In this document: piece after piece, positions 10,702-58,717 of the stretch | Numbering within the stretch: position 1 is the first letter of the stretch | Layout of the letters: every line of letters starts with the position of its first letter | Assembly: GCA_033442325.1 (NCBI GenBank) | Contig: JAWQFM010000005.1 | Coordinates: forward strand, 1,861,665 to 1,925,664 | Direction: 5' to 3' | DNA: 64,000 nt | DNA from: Salpingoeca rosetta | Lineage: Eukaryota; Protista; Choanoflagellata | The notes under the pieces: generated by a model | Told to the model about the DNA's origin: nothing | The model's input: the letters and a program-made list of their open reading frames with translations, nothing else | The model's database searches: none | Program-made: the position numbers and the translations under genes

Positions 10702-13700
10702 ATGGCGCGCCCACTTGGCCGGGCACTCGCCCGCAGCCCCCGCCGCCGCCACCCATCACCGGCATGCACCGGGATGCTTGTGACCGCGGGGCTGCTGCTC
10801 GCATCCTTGTTACTCGGAGTGGCGGTGGCGCAGAACACACCGCCCACCTTCCAGGGCACCCCCTTTATTGAACTGTACATCTTCAACGTTCCCGAAACTA
10901 ACGACCCAACATCAACCGTTGGCACCGTCACTGCAACAGACCCCGATGCGGGGCAGACCCTCCAGTACACGCTGTCTGGGAGTGGCTCTGCCGCGTTCAA
11001 AATCGACCGTAACACGGGTGTGGTCACGTCGCGCCTTCCGCTCGACGCAGACTTTGGCACCACCACCTACGACGACATCACCGTGTCTGTCTCAGATGGC
11101 GTGGACTCGACCACGGGCCGCATCCTCATCGCCATCACGGACGTCAACGACAACTCGCCCGTCTTCAACCAGGACCTGTACACGATGAAGGTGGCTGAGG
11201 ATCTCGAGGCGGACGTGACGTTTGCGTCTGTGGAGGCGGTGGACGTCGACGTCTCGACGCAGAACAGCCGCGTGACGTACTTCATCATTGGCGGTGACCC
11301 GGATGGCATCTTCCAGATTGCCACCGTCAGCGGTGAGGGCAGGGTCTCTGTTGCCACGCAGCTTGACTACGAACGCAACAGGACCCACACGCTTGTGATT
11401 GAGGCACGGGATGGTGGGACGCCGACCCGCACAGGCAACACCACCCTCTTCATCGAAGTCACCGACGTCAACGACAACGTGCCAGTGTTCAGCCAGTCGC
11501 TGTACGAGGTCAACCTGCCCGAAACCCTCCGCGAGCGCCCCGCCCGCCGCCGCCGCGCCGTGGGCACTGTTCTGGTGACCATCTCCGCCACGGACGACGA
11601 CACGGGCGACAACGCCGAGGTGCGTTACTCCATCACCGGCGGCAACGAGCTCGGCCTGTTTGCCCTCGACGAGGTCACTGGCGACTTCACCCTGGAGAAG
11701 CCCGTCGACTTTGAGGAGCTCACCAACCCCGTGCTCGACATTACTGTCGTGGCCACGGACCTTGGCGGCGCCGTGTCTGACCCGGCCACCATCCGCGTCA
11801 CCGTGCAGGACCGCGACGACCTCCCCGTCTTTGAGTCGGACCAGCTGCCGGAGCTGACCATCTTCGCCGGCGACATTGGCCCCGTCGGCTTTGCCCCCGT
11901 CGTCGATGATAGCCGCAAGAACACGTTTGAGTGCCGCCTCACCACCCCTGGCACCCCATTCACCGTCGCCGCCGCCACGAGCGGCGCCACCGGCTGCAAC
12001 ATTGTTGCGCAGTCCTCCACCACGGAGCTCGGCGGGCAGATGTTCACCCTCATGCTGGAGATTGCCGACCAAGTCGGCGTGCTGTCGCGCACCCGCGTCG
12101 TCGTCAACGTGCTGCCCACCAACCGCGACCCGCCCGAGTTTGCCATGGACATCTTTGATGTCCTCCTCTCCGTGGCCACGCAGATTGACACCACCGTGGT
12201 GGACCTTGGCGTGACAGACCCCGATGGCGACGCCGTGTCCTGCAAGCTCCTCTCCTCCCCCAAGGGCCTCTTCCGCATCGACGACTGCCAGCTCGTGCTG
12301 GACTCGCGCCTGCCCACGGATGGCCCCACCTTCTTTGACTTGCTTGTGGAGGCGTCGGATGCGCCCACGCGCGGCAACCGCAACCTCACGTCCACGGCCC
12401 ACGTGCAGATTACGCTCACGGGCGTGTGCCCGAGCGACGACGCGTCCTGCACATGCGCGGACGAGGGCGCCACGCCGCCCAACTGCACCCCAGACCTGTG
12501 CGAGGCCTTCCCTTGCGTCAACGATGGCGTGTGCTCGCAGGGCGTGAGCAACCAAGGCCTGCCCGAGCGCAAGTGCATGTGCGCCAACTTCTTTGGTGGT
12601 GACGACTGGCGAGGTGGACGCCGTGCGACGACACGCCCTGCATGACGGNNNNNNNNNNNNNNNNNNNNNNNNNNNNNNNNNNNNNNNNNNNNNNNNNNNN
12701 NNNNNNNNNNNNNNNNNNNNNNNNNNNNNNNNNNNNNNNNNNNNNNNNTCCACGACCACGACAACGACCACAACAACAACAAAAACCACAACCACCACAA
12801 CCACAACCACCACCACCACCACCACCACCACCACCACGCTCAACCCGTGCGATGGTTCGCCCTGCTCTGAGGGCCAGTTTTGCCGCCGCGTCGACGACAC
12901 CAACTTTGAGTGCGTGGACGGGAGCACCACCACAACCACCACCACGACCACCACCACCTTGTCCACGACCACGGCAGCCACGACCACCACCACGACAACG
13001 ACGACGACGACGACCACAACCACGACGACATCGCCGCTGGCCACTGTGACGTTCACGGTTCCCGACGATGACGAGATCAACGACTGCTCCCAGTGCCAGA
13101 ACGGCGGAACGTGTGTGAGGACACCCACTGGCCAGGTGACGTGCGACTGCCCACGCGTGCAGCAGGGCCGCTTCGAGCTGTGCTACGAGAACGCCGACTG
13201 CACCTCGCAGCTCCCCTGTGACCAGGTGCCGTTCCCTCGTGGCGATGCCACGGGCTCCAGCACGTCCACGCCTGCCACCCGCCCTGAGGTGCCGTACACG
13301 GTTCCGGACAGCGACGTCATCGACGACTGCTCGCAGTGCGAGAACGGCGGGACGTGCGTTGTGACGTCGTCCGGCCCAGCTGACGTGCGAGTGCCCGCGC
13401 GTGCGCCAGGGCGGTGTTGAGCGCTGCTACGAGGATGCCCGCTGCACCAACCTGAGCCCCTGCGACGAGGTTCCTTTCCCCCGCGGCGACGCCTCTGTCT
13501 CCACCACCGCTGCTGCCACCGTCACCTTTACCGTGCCAGACCAGTTTACTGTCTCGGACTGCACTCTGTGCCAGAACGGCGGCGTGTGCGCGTTCACTGC
13601 CAGCGGCCAGCAGTTCTGCCAGTGCCCCCGCGTGCCGATTGGGTCAACCGACTTTTGCTACGAGAACTTTGACTGCACGTCGCTGCAGCCGTGCGACCAG

Positions 13701-14483
13701 GTGGATGGCCCCAACGGCGACCGCTCCGCGTCGACCAACTCGACGACGGCTGTGCCCATTGCAGTGATCGTGGGCGGCGCAGTCGGTGGTGTGGTCATGC
13801 TCATCATTGTTGTTGTGGTGATTGTGCGGTGGCGGTGTCGAAGCAAGCGGCGTGTTGCCGTTGTCAAAGAAGGCCCGCAAGCATATGCAGAGAATCCCAT
13901 ACCAGTGACCGTGCGGTCTTCTGGCGAGGGCGATTACGACGTGGTTGAGGCGGTCTATCCCAATGTGAACATGCGCGAGACGCATGTTGGGCTTGGAGGG
14001 CGGCGACCGGGCAGACGGCACTCAACGATGAGTGACGGGAGCGACGTGCGGGGTGAGGTTCACCATATGTGCATGTATGTGAGTGAGTCTGTCTGTCTGT
14101 CTATCTGGCTGTGTGTGTGTCTGTCTGTCTGTCTGTGTGCATGTGTGTGTCTGTGCTTATGTACGTGCGCTTGTGCACTTGTCGCACCACGTGCTTGACG
14201 AAGAGTGATGCCACATGTGTGTTGTCTGTGTTGATCGCGTGTTCGTGCACTCACCCATTTACCCCACGCTCCTTGACTGTGGTTTCCCATTCGGTGCACT
14301 TTGCTTGTTGCAGGACTTCACCAATGGAACGCAACCGTGTACGATGTTGGACACCAAGAAAGCGATGGTGGAAGAATGCATGCACACGACTGGGATGCAG
14401 GCGACTACGACATCAAGAATTCATCACCACCTTACGAGACAGTTGGAAAGCGACAGCAATCGACTCCTGCCAGCGCATGCTGA
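10702..14483 (+). CDS. Cadherin: signal peptide, ~5-6 EC repeats, EGF, Thr-rich stalks, 3 extended EGF repeats, TM, Tyr-motif tail; spans gap 12649-12748
   Basis: Cadherin motifs ATDPD, DVNDNSPVF, LDYE, DVNDNVPVF, ATDDD, VDFE and DRDDLPVF; EGF CVNDGVC and CQNGGTC; poly-Thr; TM ~13755-13825; last exon ends SAC* at 14483. Confidence 0.9.
13746..14413 (+). repeat. Copy B of the inverted duplication shared with 2113-2766
   Basis: Direct sequence comparison. Confidence 0.95.
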
Positions 14484-15107
14484 GTCGTCAGTGTTGCGAG
14501 TTGTACACCTGGCTCGTTGTGTTATGAAACCTTGTTGTGCAGATGTTCCTATCATGATTCCCATCCGCATCCTTTTTGTCACTGGAATGAACTCATTGCT
14601 TGACCAAACACCCGTTACACAGCAATCAATAAAGAAAGCATGTTTGCTTGCGACTTGATTGCACTGTTGACCAAACCAGTGGCAGCAGCAGCACACATCA
14701 AGCCACGGCACACGCTTCACGACGACGCAAGGCTCCACCACATCACTATCATCACACCACTTCACTCTCCAAGCAAGCGTCATCAACGCAAGAACTCAGA
14801 CCAAACACAACAAGCAAGAAAGGCGTCTCATAAATGAAAGGATAACAGAGAGGACGACAGAACTGCGTCCAATGACACGGTGTAACCAAGAGGGAAAAGA
14901 ACAATGAGTCAACAGAAGAAGTGCCATGTAACTCGAGCAAACGCAAAACCATTGCTCACGCCACCGTTCCCCAACTCTCTTCCTCAAGCACACACACACG
15001 CACGCACACACACACACACACACGCACACACCTACACACACTCGCGCACGCACACACACCTCGAACGTACACCTACATTCTCATTCAGCCACCCACACTA
15101 ACGACAC

Positions 15108-27784
<12,677 letters not shown>

Positions 27785-28159
27785 CTGCGCGCCTTGCTGA
27801 AGGAGTTTGTTTGCTTGTTTGGATTTCAGCGAGAGGAGGAGACATGAATGCCAGCGGCCGCAGCGTTGCGCTTTGCTTGTTGCATCTGCAGGCAGCCAGC
27901 CAGGACTGCAGCTTGCTTTTTCCCAAAACAACTCTGCTGTTTGTTTTGCGCACGTTGCCCAAGTCCGAAACTCTACTGAATTCAGTCGAAACTGATATCA
28001 GTGGTGGAGAATCTTGGAGCACAACACAACAACACAACACAACACAACAAGCAAAGCAGCACGCACACGGCTCTTCCACTCTCCAGCCAGCCAGTCAGTG
28101 TTGTCAGATCACATCACGCGATCTGGCAATCACATCACGCCATTACAGGAGCAGGAGCG

Positions 28160-29346
28160 ATGGTTGGTGTGTTTGCGAGCTGGCGAACCCAGCGCTGGAT
28201 TACACTGGCGTTTGGGTGCGTGCTGATGCTGTGTGCAGGTACCGTGTACCTGCTCCCTGCATGGAGTGATGGCTTGCGCGCCCAGGCGCACCTCAGCATC
28301 TCATCCTTCAACACAGTCGCCACCGGCCTCAACGCAGGTGATCGCATGGGCGACTTGTGAGGGGGGATGCTTGAATGCACACATGACTGTGTCTGTATGG
28401 TTACGTGTGTGTGCGCGCGCGTTGGTCTGTGAATGTGTGTGTGTGTGTAAATTTCTCTCACTGTGTATGTGTCTGTGCCTGTGAATGTGTGCGTGTGTCT
28501 GTGTGTATGTGTGTAAAGTTCGTTCACTGTGTCTGTATCTGCCTGTATGTCTGTGCCTCTTCGGTGCTAGCAAGATGCTGTTGTATGGCTGCGATCCACA
28601 GCGATGGCTCTTGCTGTTTCGTTGCTTGTGGCAGCCATCAGTGCTGCCTGAACAAGCATGCACATCATCACCCACGCATGTTCACCCGCCGCTTCCCGAT
28701 CACTCCACACACAACTACACCAATGCAGGGACATGGTTGGGCGTTATTGGTGGTGTCCTGTACGATCACGTTGGCCCAAAGCCCACGGGTATCGCCGCAG
28801 GATTGCTTCTCTTCCTCGGCTATTTTGGCATCAAGCTCGCCGTCCAGGTGTGTGTGTGTGTGTGTGTGTGTCTGTCTGTCTGTCTGTCTGTCTGCGTGTG
28901 TGTGTGTCTGTCTCTCTGTCTCTCTGTCTCTCTGTCTCTCTGTCTCTCTGTCTCTCTGTCTCTCTGTCTGTGTGGTTAACAGACGCAGCCTGTTGCAGCC
29001 CATAGTCGCAGACGTGCTTGCACTCGTGCCACCCCCAACCAAGCCGTCTTGATCGCTGTGCTGGTTGTCGTGTAGCCCTTCCCTGAACAAGCTCACACAC
29101 ACACACACACATACACATACATGCACACGCATACACATACATACACATGCACATACAAACACATCAACCAGCACTATGCCAAGACGTGGCTCATCACCGT
29201 CCTTGCCCTTGTCGTGGGCCAGGGATCAGGGTAAGCTTGACATTGACACTGTGATGAAAGCCCATGACTTGGCCACAAAGTACTTCTGCCACCCCAATAC
29301 ATTGGACTTGCTGGTCACATACACACACACATGCATACACTTTTCG

Positions 29347-29377
<31 letters not shown>

Positions 29378-30223
29378 GTGCACTTTTCGCTCACACACAC
29401 ACACACGTACCGGCTCACATGCACTGACGGCTTCCCCCTCCCTCCCCGCTGGCATGCGGTTCCTTTCGCTGGTATCAGCTTCTTCTACACCGTGGCCTTG
29501 AACACGAGCGTCAAGAACTTTGGACCAAACAGTCGTGGCAAGGTATTGCGCAAGCGACACACCCTGCTACTTGATCCTTGGACTGTTGTACTGGCGTCAT
29601 ATTGGCGGCAAGGCTCTCATGTGACAGCTGCTCACTTCAATGCTGCTCGTGCTCCCCTCTTTTGCACGCCCTCTCTTTCGCTCACTCAGTATCCCCCCGC
29701 ACACACACACACGCACGCACACACACACATACACACATACACACACGCAAACACCCGCACACACGCACACACGCACCCTTTTCTTGCGGTCTGCCTGTCT
29801 ATGTTCGGCAGGTCGTTGGCTTGCTGGTGTGCTTCTTCGGCCTGTGCTCCGGCATCTTCACCGTCTTCCTCAAGGGCTTCTTCCCCAGCGCCAACTCGGG
29901 CCACCTGCCGCAATTCCTCCTCTTCCTTGCGCTGGTCACGTCCTGCACGGGCCTCATCGCAACGTTCTTCCAACGCCTCCTCTTCGTGGCAGACAAGACG
30001 TCCCTCCCGCCATCCATGCACCCGCTCACCCCTGCTGACGCGACGCCGCCACCGGCCGAGCCCCTGCGCATCACCATCGGTACGCACGCACGTGTGTGTG
30101 TGTGTGGGGGGGGGACAAGAATTGTTGTATCTACCTCATTTCTTGCTTGAAGCTTGCTTGCGCCCTCTTGTGTTGAGTTTGGGTGTTGTTTCTCTGCTGA
30201 TTGCCCTCCATTTATCCACATCC

Positions 30224-30309
<86 letters not shown>

Positions 30310-31966
30310 GCACCCCCTCTCTTCCTATCACGAGCCGAAAGTGAAAACAAAATTGAGGAAGCGGATTGTATCTCCTGCAGGCTCACGTTGTCTCTTATGT
30401 TCAGGGCATCTCGGTTTCGGTCTGGGGGCACACCGTTTATCTATCTGAAAGTCCGTTACCAGCCAAATTAGATTAAGGATTGGATAATACAAACCACGTC
30501 GGCGCCGTATGTCCTCCTAGCAGCCACTGAAAGCGTTCTTACGCGCGACGGGGATAAATGATTTACGTGCGGTAACGGCTCTCTAATAAGTACGTGTGCG
30601 TAAGAAAGTCCACGTCGTCGCATTGGCGAGAAGAGTCGCAATACCTGAGTGAACTGAAAAGAACCTAGCCGCAGGGCAGAAAAAGTGGTTGCTTGAGGGT
30701 AACAGTGAAAAACAATTGCGCTTCGGCACTTCTGTCTGGTGTGTGTGTGTGTGTGTGTGTGTCTGTCTGTGTGTGTGTGTGTGTGTGTGTCTTTCTGTGT
30801 GTGTGTGTGTCTGTCTGTGTGTGTGTGTGTGTGTGTGTCTGTACCTGTGTCTGTACCTGTGTCTGTACCTGTGTCTGCGCCTGTGTCTGATCTGGTCTGT
30901 GTGTACTCTTGTGTGCGCGACCATACCCATAATTGCATTATTGGATGCCACGTGCCCCAATCGCGCCCCATCTCATCCCAATCTAATTCTCCCCTCCCCT
31001 GCCCTCCCACACCCCCGCCGTCACATGTCGACACCAGTTTTCCGTGTGCAACACGTTTGGGCGGCTGTTTAGTGGCCACATCTCCGACACCTTCGCCCGT
31101 CGCCTTCCTCGACCGGCATTCCTGGTCATGGCAGCCTTGCTCATGGCCATCGTTCAGGTGAACACCGCATTCCCATCTCAGTCACACTTTTGTCTGTGCT
31201 TTGATGTGCATGTTTATGTGTGTGCAAACATGTTTGTTTCGCTTACCATTCACCACCCCCCTCCACTGCTGTGCTTGCATGCGCGTGCGTGCACCTTTGA
31301 TGTTCCGGCATGCATTCGATCCATTTCGCGGGTTTCAGGTCATCTTTGCGTTCGCCAGCGTCAACCTCCTGTATTTGGGTGCCGTGCTTCTGGGCCTTGC
31401 CTATGGGTCGTTCTTCTGCCTCGTGCCCACCCTCACTGCTGAAGCGTTTGGAGTTGTACATTTTGGCGCCAACTACGGCTTGCAAGGCCTTGCCCCAGCA
31501 GCAGGTGCGTGCATCCATCTGTTCATCTTTCTGCCTAACTGCGCAGGGGTTTGCCCTTGCCTTGGCTGGGTTCTTCCATGCCCATATTTCTCACCAAAGC
31601 TTGCGCTCTCGTCAACAATCCACCAACCACACACACACACACACACACACATCTTTTCTCTTGCTCCTCACCACCACCACCACGCCAACCACTGCGCGTG
31701 CAGGATCTGAGCTGCTGAGCACGTTGATGGCTGGGGGCATGGCCGACGACCGGCAGCGCCACCATTTTGTCAACGTCACCTCCGATCACGGGCACGACCA
31801 CGCCCTGCACTGCCTCGGGCCAGCCTGCTACCGCGTGTCGCTGCTGGTCAATGCAGGCCTGTGTGTGTTTGCTGCGCTGATTGCGGTGGTTATTACAATC
31901 AGGCAGCGCACGGGCCGTGCAGACACGCTTCTTAAGCACTCACACAGCGCAATCAAGCAATCATAG
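28160..31966 (+). CDS. Nodulin-like (NFD4/MCH1-type) MFS transporter; a central exon is absent from the sequence
   Basis: Exons ~28160-28337, 28729-28847, 29172-29230, 29478-29542, 29812-30079, 31038-31157, 31339-31504 and 31705-31966. Motifs AGTVY, GVLYDHVGP, VKNFGPNSRGKVVG, CNTFGRL, FGVVHFGANYG and CLGPACY. Confidence 0.85.
30334..30727 (+). ncRNA. Candidate large structured RNA or foreign insert, family unassigned
   Basis: ~49% GC by hand count, TpA-rich, no microsatellites, no credible ORF. Nested helices with G-U pairs, paired ends and an 8-bp loop-loop complement (30453-30460 with 30571-30578). Confidence 0.55.
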
Positions 31967-32634
31967 ACTGCTGCTGCTGTAGGCAACAACCTCGCGTTTT
32001 GCTTTGATGTAGGCGATCTTTGCTCTTGTTCTTCTTTTCCACGAACGACAACCATCTCTATGCATTCGTTTGCTTGCTTCTTCGCCCGTTGTGTTGTGTT
32101 ACGACCGCATCTCCCATTGCTTGTTCATGTTCTCGCCTGCCCTCTTGTGCTCTTGCTTCTTTCTTTCTTGTGCATATATTGTTGCTGACTTGTGAGCACG
32201 CGCCTCCATCATCCGCGTGCCTCCCCCCCCCCCCCCTCCTTGCTTCCTTCCCCATGCTGTGTGCTGTTGACACTTGACTGGCTGACGTGCATGCTGCCGG
32301 GTTTTACAAAGCATACACAGAAAGATCAAGCAGAACACAAACGTATACGACATCCATGCCAATCAACAGTGTTGAGTGGAAGGGTTGGGGGGGGGGGGCA
32401 CGCATGGGGTTGCTCAGTCATGTGGCGCTTGCTTCCAGGCAAGTTGAGTCAGAAAAAACAAGACATTAACCATCGAAAAACAAACAACATCTCTCACATA
32501 CGCGCACACGTTCAACTCTCGCATGCACAATCACTACACACATATTCATACGCATACACAATCACACACACACAATCACACAAACGCTCACATGCACGTC
32601 CACACACACACACACACACACACGACAACGACGT

Positions 32635-56032
<23,398 letters not shown>

Positions 56033-58203
56033 CGCTGGAGCTGTGGGAGGTACAGCAATGGTGTCGCCTGTGCGATCGTGGGACACGGGACGCGCACGCA
56101 TGCTGGCGGTGGGTGTCACGTGTCGCAATCGTGTACCGCGAAAGATGTGGGGAGGTGGCGGTCACAGAGACCACGCTTCTCCGGCTGGTTGGTGTATGCC
56201 CTTGCTGTTGGTCTTGCTTGAGTGGTAAGGGTCAGTAGTGTACTTGGGAGAAGCGAGATGTGGAGTGGGCTGTGGTGGTGAACGCACAGATCTGCCTCGA
56301 AACCGATATGGTGGCGATAACGATGACGATGACGATGACGATGACGACGGTTAGAAAAAAAAGAGCGATGTGTGGCGTTCGTTTGCTTGCTGATTGATTG
56401 ATTGATCGAAGTGGGAGCTGTGGTGTCTGCCTGTGTGTCTGTGTGCGAGGCAAAGCAGGGGGGGGTGCTTGCGCGGTTGCTTTGCTGGTGTGTTGCAGCG
56501 GTAGCTGTTGATGGTGAGCGCACAGCACTCTCGCTCAACAAGAGACGATGCACAAGGGGAGGTGCAAGAAGAGGAGGAAGGAAGGAATGAGAAACGGGCA
56601 GGCAGGCTGGGCTGGGCGATGCGTTCGTTGTTGGGAAGCAAGCCGCACAGAGCAAGAGGACCGTTGAATATTAGTCCAAGATTCCCACGAAAAATCTTGC
56701 CAGGAGCAGCCGCTGCTTGTGCTTGTGTGTTGATGACTTTGCTACTTTGGTCTCAGTGTCTCACAGCTCTCCAGCTCTACACTACAGCTCAATATCACTA
56801 TCACACTATCACAGCAGGCAGTACTCTCCCTCCCTGGGGAGCTCTAGCTGGCTGCCCTCCCAGTTTGTTGGAGGGATGACTGGAAGGGATTGAGGAACGC
56901 AGGCTTGCTGAGGATAATCCTTTTTGCGTGGTTGATTCGTGTTCGTAGATTCGTGTGACATCTTGACATGGATTGTTGTTGTGTCAAGTAGTGCTTCTGG
57001 GCTTCTTTCAATGTCTTCTTCTGTATCTTCACTTCTTTCCCTTTGCTTCACTTCTTCCACCACCCCCACCGAGCGTGCTACCGTCATGCAAAAAAGCCAA
57101 CACATCAGAAATGAGAAGAAAAAGAGAATACATAAGCAAGCCGTATCTGAAAAGAAAGCTGAAAAGAGAGACAACACGAAGGTCTCCCTCCTCCTCCTCG
57201 CTCGGCATCTCTCTCTTGCTCTTCGCTGTTGGACATAGATATGTGTATCACCAAACCACCTCAGCATTCTCATCCAACACACTGCACCCCCGTACGACGT
57301 CTCACTCACACAGACACACACAGACACACACACGCACCTCCAAACATCAATGCTTTTCTCTAAAGCCAGCTCTCTCTTTCTCTTTCTTCTCTCAGTCTCT
57401 CCTTCCCGCTCACACCCTCACACCCTCACACACCATCACACGCAGTTGCACACACACGCATACTCACACACCATCACACGCAGTTGCACAAGCACTCACA
57501 CTCTGCCTTCCCCAACCAAGCAACCAGACACCGCCAACCGCTGCCAGGTATTGCATGGAATGTGCAGCGTTTGAATTTCGCGGCGCAAATGGTTTCCAAG
57601 AGCGGAACCTTGAATCTACGATTCGCACACAACTCAAGCGTCTAACTGCGCACCGACAGATCCACCAGCCCCTCTGTTTGCGCCAAACATCGCCATCGCC
57701 TTGGACAACAACAACAAAACAAACGCTCCACCAACAACGAAGGTGTGTGCCTTTGCAGTGCCTTGCGTGTGTGTGTGTCTCTCTCTCTTGGTTGCCAATC
57801 TCTCTTCTCCATCACCCATCACCCACCACCGCTGAAAGCGTTTGTCCATCTCGTCGCCTTGTTGCTTGCAACACGATCGAAGGCTGACTGCCAACCAACC
57901 AGCCAACCACCGTCTACTGCATTCCACCTTACGTCTCCCTTCTGAAGCCGGGCCTTACTCTCTTCACTCACCTTGTACTCGCTCCGCCTCGACTGTTGTC
58001 AGCCTGGTGCTGCCTCCCGTGACTAAGCAGAAGCTTGGCTGGTTCATCTCCTGGTTTTGGCTGCCGCCTCAGCACCCATTGTCCTTCTCTGCTGCTCCTC
58101 GACTGCTGCTGCTGCTGTCGCTGCACTCGGTGTTGTTACAAGTGTTGCTGTTGCTCCTTTTCTCTCTGGTGTCCTTTCTTTGCTCCATCCACCACCACCA
58201 ACA

Positions 58204-58578
58204 ATGGGAACCCTGGTTCACCCCAAGACCGTGCGCATGTTCCGGTAAGCGTGTTGTGTTTGTATGCGTGTTGTGTTGTGTGTTGTGTGTTTTGTGTTGT
58301 GTGTATGTGTAGACGTGTGGTGAACCTGTGTGCATGTGTCTGTTGTGTGTGTGTGTGTGTGTTGCGTTGTATGGGTGTGTGTTGTGTGGTGTGCGTTGCG
58401 TGTGTAGACGTGTGGTGAACGTTTGTATACTCTACCCTGCCGTACTCACACCACCTGATCACCGCGCTCCTCTCCTTTCCCATTACAGCAACGGTGACAT
58501 GTTCTTCCCGGCTCGGTCTGTGGTCGTCAACACCCATGTCACACGCAACTGGGACGCCTTTCTTGACCGAGTACGTCC

Positions 58579-58651
<73 letters not shown>

Positions 58652-58670
58652 CGTGTGCGTGTGTGTGCGT

Positions 58671-58717
<47 letters not shown>

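Noticed and set aside
12600-12648. Apparent stop or frameshift of the cadherin ORF before the gap
   Set aside because: Contig-end errors. An EGF repeat (DDCEVDPCDDTPC) is recoverable with small indels.
14050-14090. GT to AT change at one candidate splice donor in the cadherin copy of the duplicated tail
   Set aside because: Other phase-1 donors (GTGAGG upstream, GTGAGT 18 nt downstream) exist, so loss of splicing cannot be claimed.
30440-30615. RNase P/MRP (GAAAGTCC), group I S-element, group II intron or hammerhead identity for the structured segment
   Set aside because: Partner elements were not found in the right places: no 3' P4 strand near the end, no R element, no domain V and no CUGANGA core.
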